NCBI GenBank assembly: GCA_039801565.1
Contig: JBDRUX010000017.1
Coordinates: 1-31,295 of the forward strand
Direction of reading: 5' to 3'
DNA from: a candidate division WOR-3 bacterium
GTDB lineage: Bacteria > Hydrothermota > Tepidihabitantia > Tepidihabitantales > JAOUPE01
Length of the DNA: 31,295 nt
In this document: in pieces, positions 8,093-20,453 of the stretch
Layout: the number at the start of each line of letters is the position of its first letter
How positions within the stretch are numbered: position 1 is the first letter of the stretch
Made by a program: the position numbers and the translations under genes
The notes under the pieces: model-generated
The model's input: only the letters and a program-made list of their open reading frames with translations
The model's database searches: none
Told to the model about the DNA's origin: nothing

Positions 8093-11000
8093 ATGAAAAA
8101 ATTAACGGTATGTTTTTGGGTTATCGGCATTTTTCTGCTTGTTTCGGATATCTTTGCTCAAACCGGAGCTAAATACTTAGTTATCACCCATGATAATTTT
8201 GTCAATGCGATAAAACCACTTGTTGATTGGAAAACAAAAAAGGGGATGAAAGCTGTTGCGATACCGTTATCCCAAATTGGCAATACACCGGCTCAAATCA
8301 AATCATTCATTCAAAATGCCTATAACACTTGGAATCCAAGACCCGAATATATTCTTTTAGTCGGCAGTCCGGACTTATTACCGGCTTATAATAATTATTA
8401 TGATGATTACTATGCGGATATGACCGGCAATTATCAGATTGAGTTGTGCATTGGTCGTTTCCATTGTCAAACTTTGGCACAATGTAGTCTAATGGTGGCA
8501 AAGAGTATTGGTTATGAGAAGAGTATTGGAATGGAAGATTCGTTGTGGTTTGTGAAAGGAACGACTATTGTGCGTGAGGATAATCCGCCTGACCCTTATT
8601 ATCAGCCGGATGTGCGGTATATCCATAATTTTTGGCGGCAAGCCAACTACGTCCACATTGACAGTTTTATCAATACCCAAGGCCATAATCAGACCGATGT
8701 TGAGAATGCAATTACTAATGGTCGGTCCTTTGTTATTTATCGGGGTCAAGCGGTGAGTTATTGGTGGAGTCCGTTTAATGTTAACCCGAGTAATACAAAT
8801 AACGGCTATAAATTGCCGATTGTTATCTCCGGAACTTGTGCCACGATGAGTTTAGCACCTGGTGAGAATATGTTGGGCGATGCTTTTGTTCGAGCCGGGA
8901 CCGTTCAAAATCCAAAAGGTGCGGTGGCGTTTTTTGGAACAACCGTTGTTGGCAGTCATGTCTCCCAATATCGCGGTGCGGTAACCAGGGGATTTTTTCA
9001 GGCACTTTATCAAGACAATATCTTCACATTGGGCGGTGCGGCAAAAAGAGCTAAATTTATTATGGACTCATTATATCCTAATCAGACTCGGTATATGGAA
9101 TGGAATCTCTTAGGCGACCCAGAACTTAATCTCTGGACCAGAAAACCGCAAAAGTTAACAGTGGATTATGACACAATGGTCTTTGTCCAACCTACCAATC
9201 TTATGGTTACAGTTACCGCCAGCGGGGCGCCAGTCTGTTCGGCTTTGGTCTGTGTCCAAATGGATAGCACCATTTATACCTATGGTCGAACCAATTCTAA
9301 TGGTGTTGTAACACTTTCCTTTACCCCCCAGCATATCGGAACTTTATATCTTACTGCCACAGCTCCTAATGCTTTTCCTTACGAAGATAGTGTTCAAGTG
9401 CGGGTTGGTAGTATGCCATATCTGCGCTACCACCATTCCGAAGTTAATGATTCCCAAATGCCTGGGAATGGTAATGGCAGAATTAATCCTGGGGAAAGGA
9501 TTAACCTTTTAGTCTATCTCACCAATTCGGGGAATATGCGAGCAAGCGGTGTTTCAGCAATTCTACGCACCACTGATGAATTTGTCGTCTTAAGTGAAAG
9601 TGTTGGTAACTTTAATGATATCGAACCTGGTGGTGTCGTAGCTGGAAATAATTGGTTCTCTTTTTGGGTCGCTGAAAACTGCCCAAACAATCATTCCTTA
9701 GCGTTTAATTTGCATATCGCCGATGATTCCAATCATATCTGGGATAGTCCATTTTTCTTAGTTGTACAAGCGGGTGAATTGGTTTACCAACGAGCCTGGG
9801 TGCAAGATTCTGCGCCGGGCGGTAATAATAATGGTCAAATTGGCCCAAATGAGAATGTCCGTTTAACACTTACCTTACGCAATTCTGGTGCGGAAGGGTT
9901 AGATAATGTCTATGCTCGAATTAGAAGTAATTGTCCCTATCTTGCAATTACCGATTCATTTGGTTATTTTGGTTCGATTCCGGCAAGTGGTACCAGCAGG
10001 AATAGTTTTGACCCATTTGCCCTTGCCGTAGCACCAAATTTGCCAAGGAATTATCCCTTAGATTTCAGGATTTTTATCTACGGCGATGGCGGTACCTATA
10101 ATTACCGAACAAGTTTATCTTTTACTCTTTACTCCGAAGCTGGAACAAATGTTGACCCAACCGGACCAGATAGTTATGGCTACTATTGTTATGATAATAC
10201 CGATATCAGTTCGGGTCGAGCCCCAACTTACGAATGGATAGAAATTGCCCCGCCCGGACTAGGCACAATAATTGAACAAATCACTAATGCTGATGCCGGT
10301 ATTGATACATTAATCCTTCCCTTCACCTTTCGCTATTATGGTCAAAACTATAATGAAGTGACAGTAGCATCTAACGGTTTTTTGGCAATGGGTAGAACTA
10401 ACTACCGTTGGGGCTATAATGCCCCAATTCCGGATACTGCTGGTCCAGCGGCAATGATTGCTCCGTTTTGGGACGATTTGAATCCTAATGATACATCGCA
10501 TGGTGGCAATGGCGACATTTATCAATACTATGATGCGACCAATCATCGTTGGATTTTCGAATTCAAGGATGTAGCACATTACGAACAAAATTCAGTTCGT
10601 GAGACATTCCAGGTGATCCTCCTTGACCCGAATTATTATCCAACACCAACTGGCGATGGCGAAATTATTTTTCAATATCATACTGTTGGCAATGCGAGCT
10701 CCAATACCGTTGGTATTGAGAATTTAACTGAAACCGACGGTATCCAGTATGTCTTTAATAACAACTATTCCTCAACCGCGGCGCCAATTATAGCCAACCG
10801 TGCCCTTCGTTTTACTACTTTGGCACCAATTAACACTTCACCTTGGCTCGTAATCCTTGGTATATCGGTATCGGATTCAATTGGTGGTAATAATAACCGA
10901 ATTCCTGAACCAGGTGAGGCAATTCAATTGGTGGTCTATCTAATTAACCGGGGAGAGGCAATAGCCGAAAATGTTAGTGCGATTCTTCGCTCGCTGGATA

Positions 11001-11527
11001 ATAATGCAACGGTGGCTGATTCGCTGGCGTTCTTTGGTACAATTTCGGTTGGCGGACAGGGTAATAACGAAACCGAACCTTATGCCTTCACGGTTAGCAC
11101 CTCTCCTACTGATACCATTTTAGATTTTAGTCTTTTAATAAATAGCACTGGTTATAATACCATTCAGTATTTCTCGCTGGGTTTAAATGGCAATCCTTCA
11201 ATTGTCGAGAATGAGCGGATTAATTTGCCAACCGCTCCTGATTTTTCCTTTATCTGTTCTCCCAATCCTTTTGCCAAAAGTACAACGATTCGTTTCACGC
11301 TATCCGATGGCGATTGGCAGAAGCAACCTGAATTAATGATTTATGATGCGATGGGTAGAGCAGTTTTTCGATACCAATTACCCCAGAATTTGGGTACTAA
11401 TCCTTCTTTGGTCTGGGAGGGAACCGACAGTTGGGGTAATAAGTTACCTTCGGGAATTTATTTTGCCACTTTAGCGACAATTCCGAATTGGCGAAAACCA
11501 GTCAAGAAGATTGTCATAACTCGCTAA
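8093..11527 (+). CDS. Peptidase C25 (gingipain-family) multidomain secreted protein with CTD
   Basis: YLVIT...WKTKKG; YILLVG; IGRF; SGTC; GAVAFFG; NLLGDPEL; repeated 'GNxNGxIxPGE' Ig-like units; IAPFWDDL; SPNPF...WEGTD...GIYF CTD. Confidence 0.88.
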   Translation: MKKLTVCFWVIGIFLLVSDIFAQTGAKYLVITHDNFVNAIKPLVDWKTKKGMKAVAIPLSQIGNTPAQIKSFIQNAYNTWNPRPEYILLVGSPDLLPAYNNYYDDYYADMTGNYQIELCIGRFHCQTLAQCSLMVAKSIGYEKSIGMEDSLWFVKGTTIVREDNPPDPYYQPDVRYIHNFWRQANYVHIDSFINTQGHNQTDVENAITNGRSFVIYRGQAVSYWWSPFNVNPSNTNNGYKLPIVISGTCATMSLAPGENMLGDAFVRAGTVQNPKGAVAFFGTTVVGSHVSQYRGAVTRGFFQALYQDNIFTLGGAAKRAKFIMDSLYPNQTRYMEWNLLGDPELNLWTRKPQKLTVDYDTMVFVQPTNLMVTVTASGAPVCSALVCVQMDSTIYTYGRTNSNGVVTLSFTPQHIGTLYLTATAPNAFPYEDSVQVRVGSMPYLRYHHSEVNDSQMPGNGNGRINPGERINLLVYLTNSGNMRASGVSAILRTTDEFVVLSESVGNFNDIEPGGVVAGNNWFSFWVAENCPNNHSLAFNLHIADDSNHIWDSPFFLVVQAGELVYQRAWVQDSAPGGNNNGQIGPNENVRLTLTLRNSGAEGLDNVYARIRSNCPYLAITDSFGYFGSIPASGTSRNSFDPFALAVAPNLPRNYPLDFRIFIYGDGGTYNYRTSLSFTLYSEAGTNVDPTGPDSYGYYCYDNTDISSGRAPTYEWIEIAPPGLGTIIEQITNADAGIDTLILPFTFRYYGQNYNEVTVASNGFLAMGRTNYRWGYNAPIPDTAGPAAMIAPFWDDLNPNDTSHGGNGDIYQYYDATNHRWIFEFKDVAHYEQNSVRETFQVILLDPNYYPTPTGDGEIIFQYHTVGNASSNTVGIENLTETDGIQYVFNNNYSSTAAPIIANRALRFTTLAPINTSPWLVILGISVSDSIGGNNNRIPEPGEAIQLVVYLINRGEAIAENVSAILRSLDNNATVADSLAFFGTISVGGQGNNETEPYAFTVSTSPTDTILDFSLLINSTGYNTIQYFSLGLNGNPSIVENERINLPTAPDFSFICSPNPFAKSTTIRFTLSDGDWQKQPELMIYDAMGRAVFRYQLPQNLGTNPSLVWEGTDSWGNKLPSGIYFATLATIPNWRKPVKKIVITR

Positions 11528-13086
11528 TGAAAGTTTTTAACCCTATCATCATACTGGGACTAACCACTGTAATGCTTTGGCCTTTTACCGTATTTGCCAT
11601 TGACCCCCGTTATCATACCTATGGCGAAATGGTTGATGAAATGGTACAGGCAAGTTTAGATTATCCTGAAATCTGTCGGCTCCATATCATTGGTCACACC
11701 AGTTTCTTTCACTTGCCAATTTTCGCAATGAAGATTTCGGATAACCCAGACCTAACTGAAGATGAACCGAGATTACTTTTTAACGGTATCCATCATGCCA
11801 CCGAACTGATGGGAGTTGAGGTCTGCCTTTATATGATGCATAATCTCCTCTCAAGATATGACACCAGTCTTGAGGTTAGAGCCTGGGTTGATTCCAACGA
11901 AATTTGGCTTGTGCCGATGGTGAATCCGGATGGCCACTATATTAATTTCAATGTTGTGCAGGACTCATGGCGGAAGAATGCACGGGATAATAATGGTAAC
12001 GGTGTATTTGACCCAGATTACGATGGGGTGGATTTGAATCGTAATTATGATTTTCTTTGGCATTTGGGCGACCCTAATCCAGCGAGTCGGGAATATCGAG
12101 GTCCTGCCCCTTTTTCCGAATTGGAAACCCAAGCGATTCGAGAGTTAGCCCATAGTCAAAAATTTGTCTTTGACATTTGCTATCATAGTGATAAAGACCC
12201 AAGGTTCGGCGAATCCGTATATTATCCTTGGCTTTGGGGTAGTCGGTATTGTCCGGATATTCACCATATAAGACCAATTGCTGAATCAATCGCCTATCGG
12301 ATTCCAAATGATATGGGTAGTGCACCTTATACCCCAATTTGGGGCGATGCGACTGATGGCGGCTTGGCACGCAACTGGCTCTATTATGCAATCGGAACTT
12401 TCCCATTCACAATCGAAATCAGCACAAGTTATCAACCACCTGGTTATCGAGTGGATTCGCTTTGTGAAAAGGTGATGCAAGGCTCTTATTATCTTTTTAA
12501 AAGGATTTTAGGTCCAGGTATCACTGGTCATATCACTGATGCCCAAACTGGCGAACCGGTTCCAGCCGAAGTACGGGTTTTGGAAGCCTATGCCGCACCG
12601 GAGACGATTCGACCCCGCTACGCCGATTCAATCTTTGGTCGTTACCGAAGAATTTTAAAACCCGGTTACTATACCCTTCAAATCCTTGCCCCTGGTTATG
12701 AAACCGTGCGAATGGATAGTGTATTGGTCACCGCTACTGGACCGACTGTTCTGGATATTCAGTTACCAAGAGTGCCCGGAATTTTTGAAGAAAAAGTCAT
12801 AAAAGCATCAAGGCAACCCAACAATTTAGTCCTGCCCATTTTTATCAAAGGAAAAGCCAAGATTCATTGGCAGATATTGAATAAAGAACAGGCAAGACTT
12901 TTCGTGTTTGACAACAACGGGAAAAAGATTTGCACTATTTTTGATAAAATCTTTGAGCCAGGCAGTTATGTGATGGAGTGGGATTGTCGGGACGAAAAAG
13001 GGAGTAAATTAAGTTCCGGGATTTACTTTTTCCGATTGGAATCCAAAAGCAAAAGAATAACGCAAAAAATTACTATCAGCCAATAA
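11527..13086 (+). CDS. M14 zinc carboxypeptidase (carboxypeptidase T-like) with CarboxypepD-reg-like domain and CTD
   Basis: YHTY; HATE; NPDG; WRKN; GVDLNRNY; PFSELET; YHS; TIEI. Start revised to ATG 11527, which overlaps the upstream stop (TAATG). Confidence 0.9.
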   Translation: MKVFNPIIILGLTTVMLWPFTVFAIDPRYHTYGEMVDEMVQASLDYPEICRLHIIGHTSFFHLPIFAMKISDNPDLTEDEPRLLFNGIHHATELMGVEVCLYMMHNLLSRYDTSLEVRAWVDSNEIWLVPMVNPDGHYINFNVVQDSWRKNARDNNGNGVFDPDYDGVDLNRNYDFLWHLGDPNPASREYRGPAPFSELETQAIRELAHSQKFVFDICYHSDKDPRFGESVYYPWLWGSRYCPDIHHIRPIAESIAYRIPNDMGSAPYTPIWGDATDGGLARNWLYYAIGTFPFTIEISTSYQPPGYRVDSLCEKVMQGSYYLFKRILGPGITGHITDAQTGEPVPAEVRVLEAYAAPETIRPRYADSIFGRYRRILKPGYYTLQILAPGYETVRMDSVLVTATGPTVLDIQLPRVPGIFEEKVIKASRQPNNLVLPIFIKGKAKIHWQILNKEQARLFVFDNNGKKICTIFDKIFEPGSYVMEWDCRDEKGSKLSSGIYFFRLESKSKRITQKITISQ

Positions 13087-13123
13087 ATACATTCTATTTA
13101 AACAGACCGGCTTTTCTGGTGAA

Positions 13124-13204
13124 TTGAACTATTTAAACATTTTGAACCACTAAAGCGATAGAATTCAGTTGAACTGCTTAAACAATTTGAACTATTAAAA
13201 TAGC
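13124..13204 (+). repeat. 9-bp-period degenerate tandem repeat (TTGAACnnn/TTAAACnnn)
   Basis: ttgaactat ttaaacatt ttgaaccac taaagcgat agaattcag ttgaactgc ttaaacaat ttgaactat taaaatagc. Confidence 0.8.
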
Positions 13205-13266
13205 TACCGAATAAATTTTCTTCTTTTGATCTCAGCGACTCAGTAATAATCTATGATGAATAAATC

Positions 13267-14938
<1,672 letters not shown>

Positions 14939-15168
14939 TTATAGCATTGCAAAACAAAAATGTTCTCGCCTTCTTATATAATAAAGAATAAATGCCCCAA
15001 CCATTTAAACTATTTGAACATCTTGGACTATTTTAAAGAAACCCTTTGTGCTCTTCACAAAAAGGAGAGATAATTTTGTGGCGAAGAGAATTGGACCAAT
15101 TGAACAATTTTCTTAAGACAAAGGGCTTTGCCCCTTTGAAACCCCAATTTTTTTCTTAAATCTGGGGA

Positions 15169-15189
15169 GATGAGGGGAAACCCCTCATC
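15169..15189. repeat. Perfect GC-rich hairpin (REP-like)
   Basis: GATGAGGGG-AAA-CCCCTCATC. Confidence 0.6.
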
Positions 15190-15263
15190 AGAACGTTCGA
15201 AAAATGATGGTATCGCTATTTTAGTGCGTAGTAAACCAGTGGTGAATGGGCTAATTACTTCGG

Positions 15264-15326
15264 TTGAACTGCTTAAACAATCTGAACTATTTAAACATTT
15301 TGAACCATTAAAGCAATAGAATTAGC
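15264..15326 (+). repeat. 9-bp-period repeat, a permuted near-copy of 13124-13204
   Basis: ttgaactgc ttaaacaat ctgaactat ttaaacatt ttgaaccat taaagcaat agaattagc. Confidence 0.8.
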
Positions 15327-15780
15327 AACTCTAACTGGCTCTCTGGCTTACCTGCTGGAAAGATGACCGTGCAATCTTCTGGTTAATCCAGTAGGTAAAC
15401 CAGTAGTCAACCTACAGAGCAATTGGCTAAGTTGTTGAGAGAGCAAGCCATAGGGCTAGGGGGTGGGCTAGCCCCCAGGCTAGCCGGTAGGCAAGGAGGT
15501 AGACAACCTATCGGATAGTCCAGAGGCTTGCATATAGTCTTACCTACCCATTGCCCAGAGAGTCGGTTAAGAAACGGAGTATTAACTTGAACCGTAAGTA
15601 AAATATAATATGGCTATAGAAGTCCATTACCTAAGCTGGTCGTTTTTAAGGTTGTTAGATTGCTAATTTTGCTAACTAATTTAGTCAATTGAATATCCCT
15701 GACGAAATCGCTTGACTAATCAAATTTATTTTGTTAGTTTATTCTATGCTTGGGTTTTGGATTAAAGCATTGGAGGTTAT

Positions 15781-17169
15781 ATGAGTAATTACCTTCCTCT
15801 TCTCTTAATCATTTTATTTTTTATCAAATTTAGTTTTGCGCAATTTGACCCAGTATTAGTATGTTCAACCAATGCGCTCGACGCCACTGGACCGAATAAT
15901 AGTCATAAGATAGCGATGCTTCACGAATTGGATGGCACTATTCATATTGTATTTTATTCCAATGATTCAGTGAAATATGTTCGTAGTACCAATCGCGGGG
16001 CTTCTTGGGAATCATCCCGTAACGTCACCTTGGGTATTTATCCGGCAATTGATATTGACCAAAGAGGTTTTCGCCATATCGTTTATCAAGTCTACGATAC
16101 AATTAACCATACCTACGAAGTTTACTATTATTGTTTGGATATTCGTTCGCCACCGCGTAACATCAGTGAAACACCAGGTAATTCCATTAACCCAGCTTTG
16201 GTGGTTGACCAGAATAATCTTGTCCATATCGTTTGGGCTGATAATACCTTCGGAGAATATCGAATCTACTACCGTTCTTACGATTTGATGAATTTAAGTG
16301 ATACGTTTCAAATCAGTACATATGGTAGCGAAGCCGCAGTTCACACTTATCCAGCGATTGGTATCTATCAACCAGATAATCGAATCTATGTCATCTGGCA
16401 GTATTATGATTCATTGTGTTATACGCCGTACCAGATTCTTGCTCGTAATCAAGAAGGCAGTGTTTGGTCAGAGATTAGTATGTTACAAGGCCATTGGTAT
16501 CCACTGCGCGAACCCAGTTTAGATTTTTCCCACGGTGAGGATGAACTTTCGGCTTGTTGGCAGGATAGTTCATCGGGTAATATGGAAGCGCATTTCTATG
16601 GCGGAAATGGTGGAGGTTATAATACCCCTGGCTATTCATCAGCACCGGTTCTTTCGACGATTGGCACAACTTGGAGTTATCTATTTTGGCAAGACGATGA
16701 CTTTGATATCTTCTATCACCTGTATTATTTTATGATGGGTGGCTGGTATGCATCCGGAACTTTTCACGAGCGGTTTCAGATTAATGAACCAGTCTATTTT
16801 CCCAACTGTTGCGGTTGTTATTGTATCTGGACCCAAGGTGACTTGCCACCTTATAAACTTTACTTTTGTGATTTTGGTTATCCGATTGGAATTGATGAGA
16901 GCGAAAAGAATTCAAAACTTTTCCAGATTGAACCGAATCCTTCGAAAGGAATGGTTAAGTTCTCACTCATCTTGACTGATGCTACTGAGGCTGAGATTGC
17001 TATTTATGACATTAGGGGCACAAAAGTTAAGACAATCATCTCTGACCAAAAGGCTATAGCGATTTGGAATGGAACCGATGAGTTAGGAAGAAAGGTGCCT
17101 GCCGGCATCTATCTCTGTCGTCTGAAGGCTAAAAACTGTCAAGCAACCAAGAAGATGGTGATTAATTAG
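15781..17169 (+). CDS. Secreted beta-propeller-like protein with CTD
   Basis: Signal peptide; repeated 'P.I.xD...HIVW/Y' blades; EPNP...IYDIRG...WNGTD...AGIY CTD; SD GGAGG. Confidence 0.8.
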   Translation: MSNYLPLLLIILFFIKFSFAQFDPVLVCSTNALDATGPNNSHKIAMLHELDGTIHIVFYSNDSVKYVRSTNRGASWESSRNVTLGIYPAIDIDQRGFRHIVYQVYDTINHTYEVYYYCLDIRSPPRNISETPGNSINPALVVDQNNLVHIVWADNTFGEYRIYYRSYDLMNLSDTFQISTYGSEAAVHTYPAIGIYQPDNRIYVIWQYYDSLCYTPYQILARNQEGSVWSEISMLQGHWYPLREPSLDFSHGEDELSACWQDSSSGNMEAHFYGGNGGGYNTPGYSSAPVLSTIGTTWSYLFWQDDDFDIFYHLYYFMMGGWYASGTFHERFQINEPVYFPNCCGCYCIWTQGDLPPYKLYFCDFGYPIGIDESEKNSKLFQIEPNPSKGMVKFSLILTDATEAEIAIYDIRGTKVKTIISDQKAIAIWNGTDELGRKVPAGIYLCRLKAKNCQATKKMVIN

Positions 17170-17368
17170 CGGTGCTTTGACTTAAAAAGGCAACAACCTG
17201 CCTTAACCAAAAGTTAAGATTGTGGATTTTCCTTTATTCGGTGAGTAAAGGTTTTCTTGCCAAGGTGATTAGGGATATGGAGTTAATCTTTAGGTTCGAA
17301 TTCTATCCTGGCGGGCAAAAGCTGGATGAACCTGATTGAAGTCTAAAGAGTTCAAAAGTTTAATGGGT

Positions 17369-17722
17369 TTAATTGTTGGGTGGTTTTGGGGTAGGATTTA
17401 GAGTGTCGGACTTGGGTATCATTCCATAATGTTCATAGGCATAGCGTTTGATGAATCGGGGGTCTTCGGTTTTGGCAATCTTTGCCTGAATTAATTCCAT
17501 GTCAATCTTTAGTCGTTCAATTTCGTTGTGAAGTCGTTGGATTTCCAATCGTTTTGCTGCAAGACTTATCAAACCATTGTGCCCGGGCAGGAAAATTAAT
17601 AGCAATAACCCCAATATTAGAGAAAGAAGAATGAGCCGGCGTAGTTTTTTATGATGACGCACTGAATGGGTATAGATTCTTTTTTCTCGGCGTCGAATCG
17701 GCTTGTAAAGTTTCCGTTTCAT
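17369..17722 (-). CDS. ftsB: Septum formation initiator (FtsB/DivIC family)
   Basis: Basic N-terminus, single TM, G..G, coiled coil, DPRFIKRYAYEHYGM; classic position downstream of eno. Confidence 0.75.
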   Translation of the reverse strand: MKRKLYKPIRRREKRIYTHSVRHHKKLRRLILLSLILGLLLLIFLPGHNGLISLAAKRLEIQRLHNEIERLKIDMELIQAKIAKTEDPRFIKRYAYEHYGMIPKSDTLNPTPKPPNN

Positions 17723-17762
17723 CTTTTGAAAAATCTAAGGCTCAAACCTATTCCCTTGGTTT

Positions 17763-19040
17763 CTAATAACTTAAGGCAAAGATTTCTTTGCCGATAAATT
17801 TTGCTCCGCTCTCTTCTTCAATTCTTAAAAGTTGATTGTATTTAGCGGTTCGCTCTGACCGTGCGCAGGCGCCGGTTTTGATTTGTCCAGCATTAGTTGC
17901 CACCGCTAAATCAGCAATAAAAGTATCTTCGGTCTCACCCGACCGATGTGAGATACAAGTCCGAAAGCCAGCGCTCTTCGCCAATTCGATACATTCTAAG
18001 GTCTCCGTGATTGTCCCAATCTGGTTCAGTTTAATCAGAATAGCATTAGCAGCACCTCTCTCAATTCCTTCTTTCAACCGTTTGATATTAGTAACGAAGA
18101 TGTCGTCACCAACAATCTGAATCTTCTTATTCAACTTTTTAGTAAAGGCAATCCAACCCTGCCAATCATCTTGGGCAAAGCCATCTTCAATCGAAATTAT
18201 TGGGTAGCGCTCAATCCAGCTGGTGTAAAGTTCAATTAATTCATCGCTTGTCAGTTTTTTATTGTCCAGTTTCAACTCATAGCGGTTATTAACATAGAAT
18301 TCACTGGCCGCTGGGTCTAATGCCAAAAATACATCGTCACCAGGCTCATAACCAGCTTTTTCGCAAGCGGACATTATCAGTTCTAATGGTTCTTCGTTGG
18401 AATTGAAATCTGGGGCAAAACCGCCTTCGTCGCCGACAGTTGCGTTCATTCCTTTCTCGCCTAATAATTTCTTCAAAGTTTGATAGATTTCAGCGGCACA
18501 TCTTACTGCTTCAGCAAAGGAATCGGCACCGGCTGGAACAATCATATATTCTTGAAGGTCCAAATTGTTGGGGGCATGGACACCACCGTTAATCACATTG
18601 AGCAGCGGAACAGGCAAAATCCGGGCGGATATTCCACCTAAATAACGATAAGGTGGCAATTCAAGATATTGGGCAGCAGCTCGGCAAACAGCCAAAGAAA
18701 CACCTAAAATCGCATTCGCACCCAAGTTAGATTTATTTTCGGTGCCATCCAGTTCCAAAAGCTTTTTATCAATCATTGTTTGATTTAAGGCATCCATTCC
18801 CACTATCTCAGGTCCGATTATTTCATTAACATTACGAATTGCTTTTTTGACCCCTTTGCCGAAATAGCGTTTTGGGTCATTGTCGCGGAGTTCTAATGCT
18901 TCATAAGTTCCAGTTGATGCTCCGGATGGAACCACCGCTCGGCCGCGGGTGCCACTGGCAAGAAAACAGTCAACTTCAATTGTCGGATTTCCCCGTGAAT
19001 CTAAGACCTCACGGGCAAAAATTTCGGATATCTCAGTCAT
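17763..19040 (-). CDS. eno: Enolase
   Basis: [47 protein letters not shown]. Confidence 0.99.
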   Translation of the reverse strand: MTEISEIFAREVLDSRGNPTIEVDCFLASGTRGRAVVPSGASTGTYEALELRDNDPKRYFGKGVKKAIRNVNEIIGPEIVGMDALNQTMIDKKLLELDGTENKSNLGANAILGVSLAVCRAAAQYLELPPYRYLGGISARILPVPLLNVINGGVHAPNNLDLQEYMIVPAGADSFAEAVRCAAEIYQTLKKLLGEKGMNATVGDEGGFAPDFNSNEEPLELIMSACEKAGYEPGDDVFLALDPAASEFYVNNRYELKLDNKKLTSDELIELYTSWIERYPIISIEDGFAQDDWQGWIAFTKKLNKKIQIVGDDIFVTNIKRLKEGIERGAANAILIKLNQIGTITETLECIELAKSAGFRTCISHRSGETEDTFIADLAVATNAGQIKTGACARSERTAKYNQLLRIEEESGAKFIGKEIFALSY

Positions 19041-19071
19041 AAGACGCCTCTTTGAACGATTTATAGCCTAT

Positions 19072-20406
19072 TCAACCTTGTTGTTTTATACGCTTCGCTA
19101 ATGTTTCATAAGTTGCTCGCCGTTCCGCATAAAGTGGAAATGCCTCAACCAGTTCTTTTACCTCAGCGGCAACTTGCTGGTAAACTTTTTCGTTGCCGAT
19201 ATTACTCAAAACCTTGTCTATCAGCTTACCAATCTTGGTCATCTCAGTTTCTTTCATTCCTCGTGTCGTCAAAGCCGGTGTGCCTAATCGGATGCCAGAA
19301 GCAATGAAAGGCTTTTGAGGGTCAAACGGAATGGTATTTCGATTTACCGTAATATTGGCTTGACCTAAAGCCCTTTCAGCATCCCGGCCGGTAATATTCT
19401 TATTTCGTAAGTCCACCAGCATCAAATGGGTATCAGTGCCACCGGCTACTAAACGATAACCTAAGCTGGTGAGTGTCTCGGCGAGTTTTTTGGCATTCAA
19501 AAGAATTTGTTTTTGGTATTGTTTGAAATCTTCCTGTAGCGCCTCTTGAAAACAGACCGCTTTTGCAGCGATGACGTGTTCTAAAGGACCACCTTGGGTG
19601 CCGGGGAAATTCATCTTGTCAATTGCCTCGGCGTATTTTGCCTTGCACATAATAATTGCCCCTCTTGGTCCCCGTAAGGTTTTATGGGTTGTAGTTGTCA
19701 CCGCATCGGCATAAGGAATCGGTGAGGGGTGTAAACCAGCCGCAACCAAACCAGCGATATGAGCGATATCGGCAACTTGGACCGCACCGACCTCTTCGCA
19801 AATTTCTTGAAACTTGTCAAAAAAGATTGTCCGCGGATAGGCACTAGCGCCTGAGATAATTATTTTTGGTTTATGTTCTTTTGCCATTTTCCGAATTTGG
19901 GCGTAGTCGAGCATTTCCGTGTCGGGCGATACTCCATAGTGAATAACATTAAAGTATTTGCCCGAAAAATTGACCGGATGACCATGGGAGAGATGGCCAC
20001 CGTGGGTTAGATTAAGACCAAAGATTGTGTCAAAAGGATTAGCAAAAGCGAGATAAGCGGATAGATTGGCTTGAGTTCCGGAATGGGGTTGAACATTAAC
20101 ATGTTCGGCGCCAAAGAGTTTTTTCGCCCGTTCAATCGCCAGTCGCTCGGCGGTGTTAACAAATTCACAACCCCCATAATAACGGCCATCTTTAGTAAAG
20201 TTGATATTGCCTTCTTTATCGCGAGAATAAGGGTATCCCTCAGCGTATTTATTTGTTAATACCGAACCCAACGCAGCTAAGACCGCTTCCGAGCAGAAAT
20301 TCTCCGAAGCGATTAACTCTAAGGTTGAATGTTGGCGATTGGTCTCTTGCCGAATTGCTTGAAAGATTTCCGGGTCGGTCTTGAGTAATAATTCCTCTTT
20401 CATCAA
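19072..20406 (-). CDS. glyA: Serine hydroxymethyltransferase
   Basis: [49 protein letters not shown]. Confidence 0.99.
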   Translation of the reverse strand: MMKEELLLKTDPEIFQAIRQETNRQHSTLELIASENFCSEAVLAALGSVLTNKYAEGYPYSRDKEGNINFTKDGRYYGGCEFVNTAERLAIERAKKLFGAEHVNVQPHSGTQANLSAYLAFANPFDTIFGLNLTHGGHLSHGHPVNFSGKYFNVIHYGVSPDTEMLDYAQIRKMAKEHKPKIIISGASAYPRTIFFDKFQEICEEVGAVQVADIAHIAGLVAAGLHPSPIPYADAVTTTTHKTLRGPRGAIIMCKAKYAEAIDKMNFPGTQGGPLEHVIAAKAVCFQEALQEDFKQYQKQILLNAKKLAETLTSLGYRLVAGGTDTHLMLVDLRNKNITGRDAERALGQANITVNRNTIPFDPQKPFIASGIRLGTPALTTRGMKETEMTKIGKLIDKVLSNIGNEKVYQQVAAEVKELVEAFPLYAERRATYETLAKRIKQQG

Positions 20407-20453
20407 TTCCTCCTAATAGCTATTGACCCCTTTGCTATTAGTTAATAGTATGA

